Position numbers and translations under genes: made by a program | Assembly: GCA_040882355.1 (NCBI GenBank) | Contig: JBBEBM010000017.1 | Location: 62,001 to 126,000, forward strand | Length of the DNA stretch: 64,000 nucleotides | Direction: 5' to 3' | Source of the DNA: Dehalococcoidia bacterium | GTDB taxonomy: Bacteria; Chloroflexota; Dehalococcoidia; DSTF01; RBG-16-68-14 | Shown: positions 33,715 to 43,418 of the stretch, piece by piece | Numbering within the stretch: the first letter of the stretch is position 1 | Layout of the letters: each line of letters starts with the position of its first letter | The notes under the pieces: generated by a model | What the model was told of the DNA's origin: nothing | The model's database searches: none | The model's input: only the letters and a program-made list of their open reading frames with translations

Positions 33715-36207
33715 CTACGAACTCTCGGCGAGGATCGACGAGATCGTCTCGCGCACCTCGCGCACGCGGAAGGGCTTGGCGAGGCAGGGGTTGCTCACCT
33801 GCTGGAGGAAGTCGCGCGTTTCCGGGCTCACGGTGTCGCCTGTAATGAAGATGGTGCGCCGGGCGAGGTCCTGGTCGAGGTCGAGCAGGGCCTGATAGAG
33901 ATCGCGGCCGTTCATGTCGGGCATCTTGATATCGGTGATGATCACGTCGTAGCGTCGCTGAGCGATGAAGTCGAGCGCCTCACGGCCGTTCCGCGCCGTG
34001 TCGACGACGTGGCCGTCCATCTGGAGGATGCTGCCGAGCAGCCGCTGGATGCTCTGCTCGTCGTCCACGACGAGGATCGAGCGCGCGTCAACAGGGAGCG
34101 CATCGTCGGGATCCTCCACCGCGAGGCGCCGGCTCTCACCGCGCACGATGGGCAGCTCGATGATGAACGACGTGCCTTTGTCGGGCGCGCTCTCGGCCCA
34201 GATGCGCCCGCCGTGGTCTTCGATGATGCCGTAGGAGATCGTGAGGCCCAGGCCCGTGCCCTCGCCGACCTCCTTGGTGGTGAAGAACGGGTCGAAGATG
34301 CGGCGCAGCGTCTCCGGCGACATGCCGGGCCCGTCGTCCCGCAGGCTGAGGCGCACCGTGTCCTTCTGCTTGCGAGAGGTGACTGTGAGCGTGCCGCGGT
34401 CGCGCGCGGCGAGCATCGCCTGCTCCGCGTTGACGATCAGGTTGAGGAAGACCTGCTGGATCTGGTTCGTATCGACCATCGTCTCCGGCAGCTTCGAGTC
34501 GAGGTCGAGCTCGACGTCGATGTTCTTGACCCGCAGGTCGTAGCTGCGCAGCTCCAGCACGCGCTGGAGGAGCGCGTTCAGGTCTGCCGGCTCCTTCTCG
34601 GCGCGTTTGCGGCGGGCGAATGAGAGCAGGTTCTGGACGATCTTGGAGGCGCGGTCCGCCTCGCTCAAGATCGTCTCCACGTCCTGACGGGTGCGCTCGT
34701 CCTGCTCGCGCCCGAGCAGGAGCTGCGCGAAGCCCATGATGCCGGTGAGCGGGTTGTTCAGCTCGTGCGCGACTCCAGAGACGAGCTGGCCTACGGACAC
34801 CATCTTCTCCGACTGGAGAAGCCGCTCCTGCATCAGGCGCTCTTCGGTCACGTCGCGCAGGATCACGACGGCGGTTGAGCCTTCGCGCGAGCCGGCCAGA
34901 GGCGCCGCCATGCCCGCCAGGTAGCGCCGGCCTGCCGGGTCGCGACTGGGCGCGGCAGGCAGTTCGCGCAGTGAGGTCTGCGTAGCCGTGGTGAGCGCCT
35001 CCTCGGCGAGCGCGGCGAGCGCCGTGTCGATGAGCGACGCGCCTTCGGCGAGCTGGACCGCGCCCAGCGCGTCCGACAGGTCGCGCGCGGCCTTGTTGAG
35101 CGACGTCACGCGCAGCGCGGCGTCGACGAGGACGATGCCGTCGCTCAGGCTCTCGGCGAGCGAGGCGAGCTGTGCCCGCTCCGCCTGGCGTTGGGCAGCG
35201 ACACGTTCAAGGGCGAGCGATACCTGGTTCGCGACGGTGAAGAAGGTGCGTTCTTCGATAGCACCAAACGCGCTCGGTCGGGCAGCGGCGATTCGCACCA
35301 GGCCAACGACTTCGCCATCGATTACGAGCGGCGCATCGAGCGTGCTCTGAGCGCCCGTTGCCGGTGACGGTGACCCGGCGTAGCTTAGTGTTGCGGTCTG
35401 GAAGGCTGGGCGGTTGCACGAGTCGTGCTTCTTGCCCGTGAGCTTGATGAACGCATCAAGCGCTCCGGCGGCGGCGCTGATTGCGAAGGTTGCGTCGGGC
35501 TGGGGCCCCGAAAAGACGGTCGTAGTGTCTTCGTCGCCGCTGCAGAGAACGCTCGCCGCGAGCTGGAAATCGAGCGTGGGCGCCAACACTTCCAGCGTGG
35601 CGTGGATCGCTTCAGCGCCTGTCAGCGAGTAGCTCAGGCGTCGGGTGAGCTCGTGGAAGAGCGAGAGGTCGTCGCCGGCTGGCTGGCGTCGCTGGTCGGG
35701 CGTGGTTGGGCGGCGCAGGGCCGCCCCTACCTGGAGGGCGAGCCCCCAGACAGCGGCGATGTCGCGCTGAGAGAGGTCGCGGGAGGCGAGGCAGAGCACG
35801 GCGCCAGCGTCGGCGTCGGCCCGGAATGGCGCGGCGATGAGCGTGCCGGAGCTTCGTCCCGTCAGCAGGCGTCGTCGTTCGCCGTTCAGGGGCGCCTCAG
35901 CGAACGCTTCGTCGGCGTCTGAGTAGGAGAGGGGACGGCCTCGAGACAGGCAGGCGGCGATTCGAGGCAGTCGAAGCGGGCGGCCCCAGACGTCGGGCGC
36001 GAGGGACAGGGTGGAGCGTTCGACGCGCAGATCGGGACCATCCTCCAGTAGGAGGGCATAGCCGACGCCCCGGTCGGTGAGCGCGCCGGCGAGCCGGTCG
36101 AGCGCGCCTTCCCGCGACTCCTCTCCCTGCAGCGAGGCGGCGAGTGTGAGCAGGACCTCGGGCAACGCCTGCTCGGCCGCGCGTCGCTCGAACCTCCGGA
36201 TGATCAT
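33715..36207 (-). CDS. Hybrid sensor histidine kinase (GAF-PAS-HisKA-HATPase-REC)
   Basis: HELNNPL, NAEQA, DDGPG, GTGLGL, and receiver ILVVDDE/DIKMP/KPF. Confidence 0.95.
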   Translation of the reverse strand: MIIRRFERRAAEQALPEVLLTLAASLQGEESREGALDRLAGALTDRGVGYALLLEDGPDLRVERSTLSLAPDVWGRPLRLPRIAACLSRGRPLSYSDADEAFAEAPLNGERRRLLTGRSSGTLIAAPFRADADAGAVLCLASRDLSQRDIAAVWGLALQVGAALRRPTTPDQRRQPAGDDLSLFHELTRRLSYSLTGAEAIHATLEVLAPTLDFQLAASVLCSGDEDTTTVFSGPQPDATFAISAAAGALDAFIKLTGKKHDSCNRPAFQTATLSYAGSPSPATGAQSTLDAPLVIDGEVVGLVRIAAARPSAFGAIEERTFFTVANQVSLALERVAAQRQAERAQLASLAESLSDGIVLVDAALRVTSLNKAARDLSDALGAVQLAEGASLIDTALAALAEEALTTATQTSLRELPAAPSRDPAGRRYLAGMAAPLAGSREGSTAVVILRDVTEERLMQERLLQSEKMVSVGQLVSGVAHELNNPLTGIMGFAQLLLGREQDERTRQDVETILSEADRASKIVQNLLSFARRKRAEKEPADLNALLQRVLELRSYDLRVKNIDVELDLDSKLPETMVDTNQIQQVFLNLIVNAEQAMLAARDRGTLTVTSRKQKDTVRLSLRDDGPGMSPETLRRIFDPFFTTKEVGEGTGLGLTISYGIIEDHGGRIWAESAPDKGTSFIIELPIVRGESRRLAVEDPDDALPVDARSILVVDDEQSIQRLLGSILQMDGHVVDTARNGREALDFIAQRRYDVIITDIKMPDMNGRDLYQALLDLDQDLARRTIFITGDTVSPETRDFLQQVSNPCLAKPFRVREVRETISSILAESS

Positions 36208-36282
36208 GGGCCAGCCTCCTGCTTACCCGGCCGCGGGCACCCGTGCTGGGCGACCTTGATGGCGAATGGAATGACTCACTTC

Positions 36283-36310
36283 ATTATGCACTCTGACAAT
36301 AGAGTGTCAA
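36283..36310 (-). promoter_or_regulatory. Sigma70 promoter of the kinase, overlapped by a TGACA-N6-TGTCA palindrome
   Basis: Minus strand TTGACA-N16-CATAAT; palindrome at 36294-36309. Confidence 0.6.
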
Positions 36311-36449
36311 TCCGCGATCTTGTCCCCCGTGCTGGATATTGACCGGTGAGCCAGGGCGATTTAGACTGAGGTCAGAAGGCGAGTCCCCCAACGGGACGGG
36401 CTAGGGAAGGGCTAGAAGAGGCCGCATGCGTCCGCAGACAGGTCGATAG

Positions 36450-37160
36450 GTGGGTTCGTCGTTGCCGGATGAGGAGAGCCGGCAGGGACGCGCTCGGCAA
36501 GTCGCAAGGACGCCTGTCGTGGGAGCGTGCCTGGCGCTCTTTTCGGGCGCGCTGGTGGCGATCATCGCGGTGACCGGCTGCTTCGGCACGGGCTACGTCT
36601 GGACCAGCGTCGCCACGGCGACGCCAACGCCGACCCCCACTTACACTCCCACACCTACGCCAACCTTCACTCCTACGCCGACGCCCACATCGACGGCGAC
36701 TCCCACGCCCACGCACACGCCGAAGCCGACTCCCACAAGGACACCACGTCTGTCGCGGCCGCTACCGCCGGGCGAGGACGAACGCTGGATCGAGGTCGAC
36801 ATCGGCAACCTGGAAGCGCGCGCCATGGTGGGCGACGAGGAGTGGTACAGCGCACCCGTCACCACCGGTCGAGACGGGCACAACACGCCGACCGGCGAGT
36901 TCACGATCCTCTCCCGCGTCTACAACGAGACGATGACGAACGGCGCCGTCGGCGCCGAAAGCTACTACTACGTGGAAGACGTGCTCTTCACGCAGTACTT
37001 CACCAGGCGCGGCCACGCCCTGCACCTGAACTACTGGCGGCCTAACTCCGTCTTCGGCAACGAGCGCACGAGCCACGGCTGCGTAGGCATGCGCTATGAG
37101 GACGCGCTGTACTTCTGGGAGTTCGGGCGGGTGGGCATGCGCGTCGTCATCCGCCAGTAG
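36450..37160 (+). CDS. L,D-transpeptidase (YkuD) with TM anchor and Thr/Pro linker
   Basis: TPTGEF, HALH and SHGCV catalytic motifs; (TP)n run. Confidence 0.9.
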   Translation: MGSSLPDEESRQGRARQVARTPVVGACLALFSGALVAIIAVTGCFGTGYVWTSVATATPTPTPTYTPTPTPTFTPTPTPTSTATPTPTHTPKPTPTRTPRLSRPLPPGEDERWIEVDIGNLEARAMVGDEEWYSAPVTTGRDGHNTPTGEFTILSRVYNETMTNGAVGAESYYYVEDVLFTQYFTRRGHALHLNYWRPNSVFGNERTSHGCVGMRYEDALYFWEFGRVGMRVVIRQ

Positions 37161-37210
37161 CCGAGACGGTTGACGCAGGCGGTGGCGGCGTGGCTCAATA
37201 GGCCGTAGCA

Positions 37211-37375
37211 ATGACGGCCGGCCAGCGCACCCTCGTTCTCTATCTGGTGGTCGGGGCCGCATACATCACGCTGGGTGTGTTCTTCCCGCGCTTCCTGCTC
37301 TCCTGGATCGAGGGCGCCGGGGCGCTGTTGCTGGGCGTCTGGCTCGTACCCGCCGTCCTGCGTCGACGACGATGA
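37211..37375 (+). CDS. Small membrane protein (54 aa)
   Basis: MTAGQRTLVLYLVVGAAYITLGVFF...VLRRRR*. The stop overlaps the next ATG. Below the ORF-track cutoff. Confidence 0.75.
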   Translation: MTAGQRTLVLYLVVGAAYITLGVFFPRFLLSWIEGAGALLLGVWLVPAVLRRRR

Positions 37376-38160
37376 GCTGGGCCGCCCACGACCTGGAACC
37401 GTATGCCATGCAGCGCCACCTGGGCCGGCGCGTGGCGATCATCCCGCTCATCATCGGCTCGTACGCGCCTGACCTGAGCACGAAGTGGTTCGTGTACGGG
37501 ATCAACCTCTTCGGCCTGGAGTTCAAGGCCGACAACCCCGCGCAGTTCCACCGCGGCTGGCCGGGCGCCGGCTTCACGCACTCGCTGGCGTTTGGCGTGG
37601 TCATCGGGCTGCTACTGCTGCTGCTGACTCGAAAGCCGATCTGGGGCTTCAGCTTCATGGTCGGCCAGTGGGCGCACGCCCTCACGGACACTGGCGACAC
37701 CGTGGGCACGATGCTGCTCTTTCCGTTCACGACGCATCACTTCAGTGTGGGAGCGTGGGCGTACGCAGGCCAGACCGGCCGCTTCAACGATGCGGGCGCG
37801 TATTTCAGCGGCCTGGGCTTCGTCTGGGACGGCGTGTGGGTGGTGCTGGCGACGATGAACTGGCAGGTGCTTACGCGCTCCTACTTTGAGGAGATGGTGC
37901 TCCCGGCCGACCCGGTCTGGAGCTGGGCGCAGGGAACGCTCCCGCTGGCGGCGGTGCTGGCGCTGTACCGGGCGAGCTACTTCTACGGCGTGACGCGATG
38001 GATGGCGTGGATCATCTGGGCGCACGTGGTGAACAGCTACCAGTTCGACCTGACGTGGGGCGGGCCGAACTGGGTGCCGGCGCTGACCGCGTCGCTGCCG
38101 CCGGTGCGAGCGGGGCCGGGGCGGATGGCGTTCCTGTGCCCCTGCGGTTCGTGCTGCTGA
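37372..38160 (+). CDS. Membrane-bound metal-dependent hydrolase (YdjM/DUF457-like)
   Basis: H near the N-terminus, PD, HRG..THS and H..TD motifs. Confidence 0.75.
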   Translation: MSWAAHDLEPYAMQRHLGRRVAIIPLIIGSYAPDLSTKWFVYGINLFGLEFKADNPAQFHRGWPGAGFTHSLAFGVVIGLLLLLLTRKPIWGFSFMVGQWAHALTDTGDTVGTMLLFPFTTHHFSVGAWAYAGQTGRFNDAGAYFSGLGFVWDGVWVVLATMNWQVLTRSYFEEMVLPADPVWSWAQGTLPLAAVLALYRASYFYGVTRWMAWIIWAHVVNSYQFDLTWGGPNWVPALTASLPPVRAGPGRMAFLCPCGSCC

Positions 38161-38161
38161 G

Positions 38162-38884
38162 CTAGGGGCCGGCGCCGTTCGCGAGGATGGCGCGCACTTC
38201 GCGCGGGTGGTCCGTGACGACGCCGTCCAGGCCGGCCGCGACCTTCTTCGAAACGCTTTCGAGGTCGCGGTTCATGGAGAAGACGCGCAGGCCGCGGTCG
38301 TGCGCTTCGCCGACGAACTGGGGCGTGATGGCGGCCCAGTGGGGTGAGATGGCGCGCGCGCCGAAGCGGACGGCGTCGTCGAGGAAGCGGGTGAGGCCCT
38401 CCGGGTCGGTGTCGTCGCGGAGGAGGGCGGCTTCGACTTCGGGCGCCCACTTCGCGAAGTAGCGCACGACGCGCTCCTGGTAGGACCAGACGAGGGCGCG
38501 CTCTTCCAGCTTCCGCTCCTGGATGAGGCGTCGCGTTGACGCGGCGGCGGCGGTCTCCTTGACCTCGACGGCCATGAAGAGGGGCGCGGGCAGGGCGTCG
38601 AGGGCGTCGGCGAGCTTGGGGACGTGTTCGCCCTCACGGGCGCCCTCCTCCTGGAGCGAGGGGCAGCGAAGGACGGCGTACGGGTAGAGCCACGTTGGGC
38701 CGGGCAGGCCGGTGGTGCGCCGGGGCGACCAGTCGTGCATGAGGACGGGGGTGCCCTCGAGCGTGCGCCGCACGTCGATCTCGACGCCGTCCGCGCCCAG
38801 CTCCGCCGCCTTGCGGATGCCGGCGATGCTGTTCTCGGGGGCATCCAGCGGGCAGGTGCGGTGGGCGACGACGTGAACGGGCAT
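38162..38884 (-). CDS. Glycerophosphodiester phosphodiesterase family protein
   Basis: VAHR..APENS, EIDV, MHD, EVK and GVVTD.P. Confidence 0.9.
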   Translation of the reverse strand: MPVHVVAHRTCPLDAPENSIAGIRKAAELGADGVEIDVRRTLEGTPVLMHDWSPRRTTGLPGPTWLYPYAVLRCPSLQEEGAREGEHVPKLADALDALPAPLFMAVEVKETAAAASTRRLIQERKLEERALVWSYQERVVRYFAKWAPEVEAALLRDDTDPEGLTRFLDDAVRFGARAISPHWAAITPQFVGEAHDRGLRVFSMNRDLESVSKKVAAGLDGVVTDHPREVRAILANGAGP

Positions 38885-38999
38885 AGGCCTGTGCGCATAT
38901 CATAGTATGGCGGCGCGCCTGAGGGAAGGGCGGCGAGGGTCAGGGGTGCAGGGTCAGGGGTCATGGCCCCTCCCCGCCCCTGGCCGCGCCTGGGCGGCG

Positions 39000-39110
39000 T
39001 TTGATTGACCGGTCTGTTTTGCAAAAACGCTTGTCTCAGCGGACGACCTGCGAAGCCAGCCGCGCCCGCATGACGCCGATGGCGAATCTGAACGGGGCGT
39101 TTGATTGATC
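39000..39110 (+). repeat. ~110-bp dispersed repeat, copy B
   Basis: GGCGTTTGATTGA at 38996-39008 and 39096-39108. Matches the reverse complement of 3-112. Confidence 0.9.
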
Positions 39111-39352
39111 TCTCGAGCCAGGAACCAGGAACCGGGAACCAGGCCTGGGCCCGGCCGGCTGCCGCGCGCAAGTCAAGCGCTTCATTTCGTTTCGCAAAAC
39201 GCCTTCGTAGTGGACATAATCTGAATCAGCCTCCGCGAGCGAACCTGGCATGGGCCGGGTTTGGGCGCCGATGCCACGATTCGTTGTCGAAGACAGGGTA
39301 GGGCCGCGGCCGCAGAGCGCGAAGGGGCGGGTGGCGCTGGTCGCGGAGAGCG

Positions 39353-39906
39353 CTATTCCGGGATGGGCTGGAGGTTCTCCGCGACGACCTGGATGAGGAG
39401 GTCTTTGTCGAGCAGGGGATTTACGTCCGTGCCAAAGGGACCAGTGGGACTTGGGATGACAATGAGCGTGCTCTCCCAGGCGCCCACGGTCACGGGCTCA
39501 GATGAGACGTCTGGCGGAGAGAGTGCTCTACTCAGCCTCTCAGGAGCGATGCGGCCCCCGGAGCATAGCTGTCCACGAGGAGAAGTACGAAGCCATTGCC
39601 GATGTGCCTCTGTAGTCGAACCGAGACTCACACCCGCGCTGTTCCCGTCAGCCTCAGCAGCCCCGCTTGCGCTGAATTCGACTCCGGCAGCTTCGAACTC
39701 ATGACCCAGCCAATATGGAACCGCACCTGCCGCGCGAGCCTCAGCCACGGGCGTGAGGAGTCCGGGTTCTCCAACGGGTCTCTGGATGAGTTCTTGGATT
39801 CGCCAGATCCGGGCGCCCCGCCACATGCCACTGCGACGAGCGCCAGGCCGAGAGTGGCCCAGCCTAACACAAGGGCGCTCTTGACAGATCGAAACGAGCC
39901 GGGCAT
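39353..39906 (-). pseudogene. Frameshifted putative lipoprotein
   Basis: Signal peptide with lipobox AVAC in one frame. The protein-like sequence continues in another frame (...GAVPYWLGHEFE...ENLQPIPE) after a shift near 39770. Confidence 0.55.
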
Positions 39907-39991
39907 CACGGCGTGATCTTCGGCGTACGCAGCGCCCGGCCGCATCGAAGGGCGCCGCCTTGCCCCTTTGAATGGCACGGGGCTTCTCTAG

Positions 39992-41341
39992 CTACCGGTC
40001 CGCGGCACGCTGCCAGGCATCGTAGCCGCCATCGAGGTTCATCAGATCGCTGAGCCCGGCGCGCTCGAGCAGCGATACGCCCGTTGAGGAGCGCTCGCCG
40101 TGGCCGCAGTACACGATGACAGGTCGGTCCTTAGGCACCTCCTCGATCCGGGCTGCGAGCTCGCCCAGGGGGATTGCGATGGCGTCGTCGACTCGTCCCG
40201 CGCGCACTTCCGTCGGTTCGCGCACGTCGAGCGCCACCGCGCCGTCGGCCAGGAGCCGCTGCGCCTGGCTCGCGTCGACGAGGCTGTGGTCCTGCATGGG
40301 CTTGCCGGCAGCTTGCCAGGCTGGAACGTTGCCCTGGAGCCAGCCCGCAAAGCGTTCGTATCCGACAAGCAGCGACTCGTCCGTCACGTCTTCGAGTGGA
40401 ACGTCGCCAAGGACGAAGAGCAGGTCTGTTTCAGGCGAGACCAGCCAGCCCAGCCACACGGGGTAGACATCACGAAACGGAATGCTGAGCGATCCGGGGA
40501 TGTGCGCGCGAGCGTACTCCTCCATCGTTCGGACATCGATGATCAACCCTTGGCGAGAGAGACGCTCGAAGTCGTCCGGCGACAGTGGCTTTGCTGTTGC
40601 TATCTCGGCTCGCAGGCGAGGACCGGCCTGGTTGAACGCGCGCATGCGGAAGAAGTAGTCGGGCGCGGCGGGGAACGTTGCGGGGAACCAGCGGACGAAT
40701 TCGTCTTCATCGATGGCTGCGAGCGCGGGATTGTCGCTGCGCTGCTCACCGAGCGTCGACGAACGCTCGCCGCCCGCGCCGGCCGAGCAGAACGAGCCGC
40801 CGCCGTGCGTCGGGTAGAGCAGCGTCTCGTCGGGCAAGGCGCTGAACGCTTCACGCAGCGTCCGGTACTGTTTGCGCGTGAGCTCCTCCGTGCGCTCCGG
40901 CGAGATCAAGTCCGTCCTTGCGGCGCCCCCGACGATGATGGAACCGCCACTGAACAGGACCGGCGGGCGGGAGCCTGAGCGCAGCACGTAGCTCAGGTGC
41001 TCCGGCGTGTGGCCGGGCGAAGCGATGGGTTCGATCTGGGCGCCGGCAACACGGATCGGTTCGCGCGGGCGCGCGGCCTGGTGCGGATAGCGGCACCCCG
41101 AGTCCGCCGGTACGAAGACCGGCGCATCGACCGCGTCCAGGGCTTCAACCGCGCCCGTGACGAAGTCAGCGTGGACGTGCGTTTCGAGAACGCCCGCGAT
41201 GCTCCAGCCGCGCTCTTCGGCGGCGCGGAGGTAGCGGTCGAAGGAGCGATCGGGGTCGACCAGCAGGGCGTCGCCATCGCCGACCTCGACAAGATACGAG
41301 CTGTTGCCAAGCCCCTCATGGACGAACGGTAGAACCTTCAT
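39992..41341 (-). CDS. MBL-fold persulfide dioxygenase-rhodanese fusion (CstB-like)
   Basis: THVHADF, PGHTPEH, PTHGGGSFC and two rhodanese domains (last with CGHGERS). Start MKVLPF overlaps the MFS stop. Confidence 0.9.
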   Translation of the reverse strand: MKVLPFVHEGLGNSSYLVEVGDGDALLVDPDRSFDRYLRAAEERGWSIAGVLETHVHADFVTGAVEALDAVDAPVFVPADSGCRYPHQAARPREPIRVAGAQIEPIASPGHTPEHLSYVLRSGSRPPVLFSGGSIIVGGAARTDLISPERTEELTRKQYRTLREAFSALPDETLLYPTHGGGSFCSAGAGGERSSTLGEQRSDNPALAAIDEDEFVRWFPATFPAAPDYFFRMRAFNQAGPRLRAEIATAKPLSPDDFERLSRQGLIIDVRTMEEYARAHIPGSLSIPFRDVYPVWLGWLVSPETDLLFVLGDVPLEDVTDESLLVGYERFAGWLQGNVPAWQAAGKPMQDHSLVDASQAQRLLADGAVALDVREPTEVRAGRVDDAIAIPLGELAARIEEVPKDRPVIVYCGHGERSSTGVSLLERAGLSDLMNLDGGYDAWQRAADR

Positions 41342-42612
41342 GTCGGTAGTCTCCTCTTCCTGGGCTTCGACGCCATTGTACCAGCGGCAACCAGGCCGGA
41401 CGCGATCGTCAGCGCGGCGACGGTATCGATTGCCGGCACCAGGCCGAAGACGTCCGCGATGGCGCCAGCCACGAGGGCCCCGGCTATCGCGCCTGCGTCG
41501 CGCCAGAACCGATAGACGCCCAGCGATGTAGCGCGCGCTGCGGGATGAACTGCGTCGGCGATCGCGGCCATAAGCGTTGGATACACCAAAGCCGTCCCGA
41601 CCCCCAGCAACATCACGGCCATGAGCCAGGTTGCAAACACGTCGCCCCTTGCTACGAGCAGGATCGCCGCACCTTGAACCAACATGCCACTCACCACGAG
41701 AACCCTTCGACCGAGAAAGTCGCTGGACCAACCAGCCGGGACCTGCAGCGCCCCCCACACGAGTGGGTAGGCAGCGGCCAGGATCGCCACCTGCCGTAGG
41801 CCGAGCCCGCGGCTGACGAAGAAGATGGGGAAGATGCCCCAGGCCAGCGCGTCGTTCAGATTGTTGACGAAGCCGGCTTGCGACACGCCGAAGAGTGCCG
41901 GCCGCCGCCACGTGGTCTCGGCGAAGCTTCGACGAAGCGACATGCGGGGCGCCAGATCCGGATGCTGCGCCGTCTCCAACTCGACGAACGATGCGGTGTC
42001 GCGAACGAGAAGGAGGCTCAGCGCCAACCCGCACGCGGCGAAGCCGATTCCCAGATAGAACGGCTCCGGCCGCAGGCCCCAGCGTTCCGCCATGACGCCC
42101 GTTAGGAACGCGGCCACCGCGACGGCCAGGTATCCGGCGGCCTCGTTCAGTCCCAGGGCCAGGCCGCGGCGCTTCGGTCCCACCAAGTCGACCTTCATGT
42201 TCACCGTCATCGACCAAGCCAGACCCTGGTTCAGGCCCAGGAGCACGTTGGCTCCGATGACCCAGCCCCAGCTCGGCGCCCAGATCAGGAGGAAGGGGAC
42301 CGGCAAGGCGAACAGCCAACCGGCGACGAGGACGGACTTCCGCCGATAGCGTTCGGACAGCCGGCCGGCAAACAGATTGGCGATCGCCTTGGCCAGCCCG
42401 AACGTCGCGATGAACGAGACGGCCGCCGTCTTCGACGCAATGCCGAACTCTTCCCTGGCGAGGAGCGGAACGATGGTCCGCTCTAGGCCGATCATGCCGC
42501 CGACGAAGGCGTTCACAGCCACGAGCAGCGCGAACTGCCGCCAGTTCGCGCTCAGGCCGAGCGCAACACGTCCGCCGTCGAGGCTGCCCCTCTGCAGTTC
42601 GCTCGTCGCCAA
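41338..42612 (-). CDS. MFS transporter
   Basis: LGLSANWRQF, GLERT, GRLSERYRRK (motif A) and GVYRFWRD. Start uncertain (TTG 42612). Confidence 0.9.
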   Translation of the reverse strand: MATSELQRGSLDGGRVALGLSANWRQFALLVAVNAFVGGMIGLERTIVPLLAREEFGIASKTAAVSFIATFGLAKAIANLFAGRLSERYRRKSVLVAGWLFALPVPFLLIWAPSWGWVIGANVLLGLNQGLAWSMTVNMKVDLVGPKRRGLALGLNEAAGYLAVAVAAFLTGVMAERWGLRPEPFYLGIGFAACGLALSLLLVRDTASFVELETAQHPDLAPRMSLRRSFAETTWRRPALFGVSQAGFVNNLNDALAWGIFPIFFVSRGLGLRQVAILAAAYPLVWGALQVPAGWSSDFLGRRVLVVSGMLVQGAAILLVARGDVFATWLMAVMLLGVGTALVYPTLMAAIADAVHPAARATSLGVYRFWRDAGAIAGALVAGAIADVFGLVPAIDTVAALTIASGLVAAGTMASKPRKRRLPT

Positions 42613-42632
42613 GGATTCGCTCTCATCGCCGC

Positions 42633-43418
42633 TCAGCGCGGCTTCACCCCCGCGAACGTCACGCCGCGCGTGTCGAACTCTCTCGCGTCGGACTCGTGCC
42701 TTGAGCCGGAGAAGACGTCCACCTGAGGGCCCCATCGCACATCCACAAAGCCTGTTTGGGCTAGCACCCAGCCCCACTCTGCCTCCAGCAGAGCTCCGGC
42801 TATTCAGCCTGACCAGAGGTCGATATCGTCCCTGGCGTCCTGCGGCACTTCCTTGTGGACGACGATGTCTGCGATCAGGAATCTGCCGCCGGGCTTCAGC
42901 ACCCGATGTACCTCGTTCATCACGGCCGTCTTGTCGGGACAGAGATTGATCACGCCGTTACTGATGACCGCATCAACGGACGCATCGTCAGCAGGCAGCG
43001 CTTCAGCGTAACCCTCCCGCACGTCCAGGTTGCTCAGCCCAAGCGCCCGCGCACCCGCCCGCGTCTTCTCAAGCATCGCCGGCGTCATATCGACCGCAAT
43101 GACGCGTCCGGTCAGCCCAACCTGCTTCGCTGCAAGGAGCGAATCGAAACCCGCGCCGCAGCCGATGTCGAGCACCGTTTCGCCTTCGCCGAGGCGCCCC
43201 ATCGAGAAGGGGTTTCCGGTGCCAGCGAACGAATCGACGGTGTCCCTCGGCAGCCAGTCGATGCTCTCGCTGTCATAGCCAAGCATCGCTGCGAGGGGCC
43301 GGCCTGTGTGAAAGTGAAAGCCTTTCTCGGGTTCATCCGCAACGTCGGTGTATTTCGCCTGGATCTGGCAACGCAATTCTTCGCGGTCCAGGGCCGCGGG
43401 GACCACTCGTCCTACCAT
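42633..43418 (-). CDS. ArsM-like SAM methyltransferase, putative selenoprotein (UGA at 42804-42806), with a probable 1-bp frameshift near 42732
   Basis: VLDIGCGAGFD, VDMTPAML and ISNGVINL. DLWSG*IAGALLE corresponds to the ArsM W.GC.AGA motif. GGAGG RBS before ATG 43418. Confidence 0.8.
42770..42801 (-). promoter_or_regulatory. Putative bacterial SECIS element
   Basis: UGA-AU-AGCC-GGA-GCUCUGC-UGGAG-GCAGAGU-GG-GGCU. The G-containing apical loop begins 16 nt after the UGA. Confidence 0.7.

Noticed and set aside
36610..36745. Short ACNCCN repeats resembling an array
   Set aside because: They encode the Thr/Pro linker of the L,D-transpeptidase. No CRISPR repeat-spacer structure or cas genes.
38158..38160. 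TGA after CPCGSCC as selenocysteine
   Set aside because: No evident SECIS or protein-like continuation; it runs directly into the convergent GDPD gene.
39992..42319. 775-aa ORF suggesting a long N-terminal extension of the MBL-rhodanese
   Set aside because: The extension is an alternative frame of the MFS gene. The real start is ATG 41341 with an RBS.
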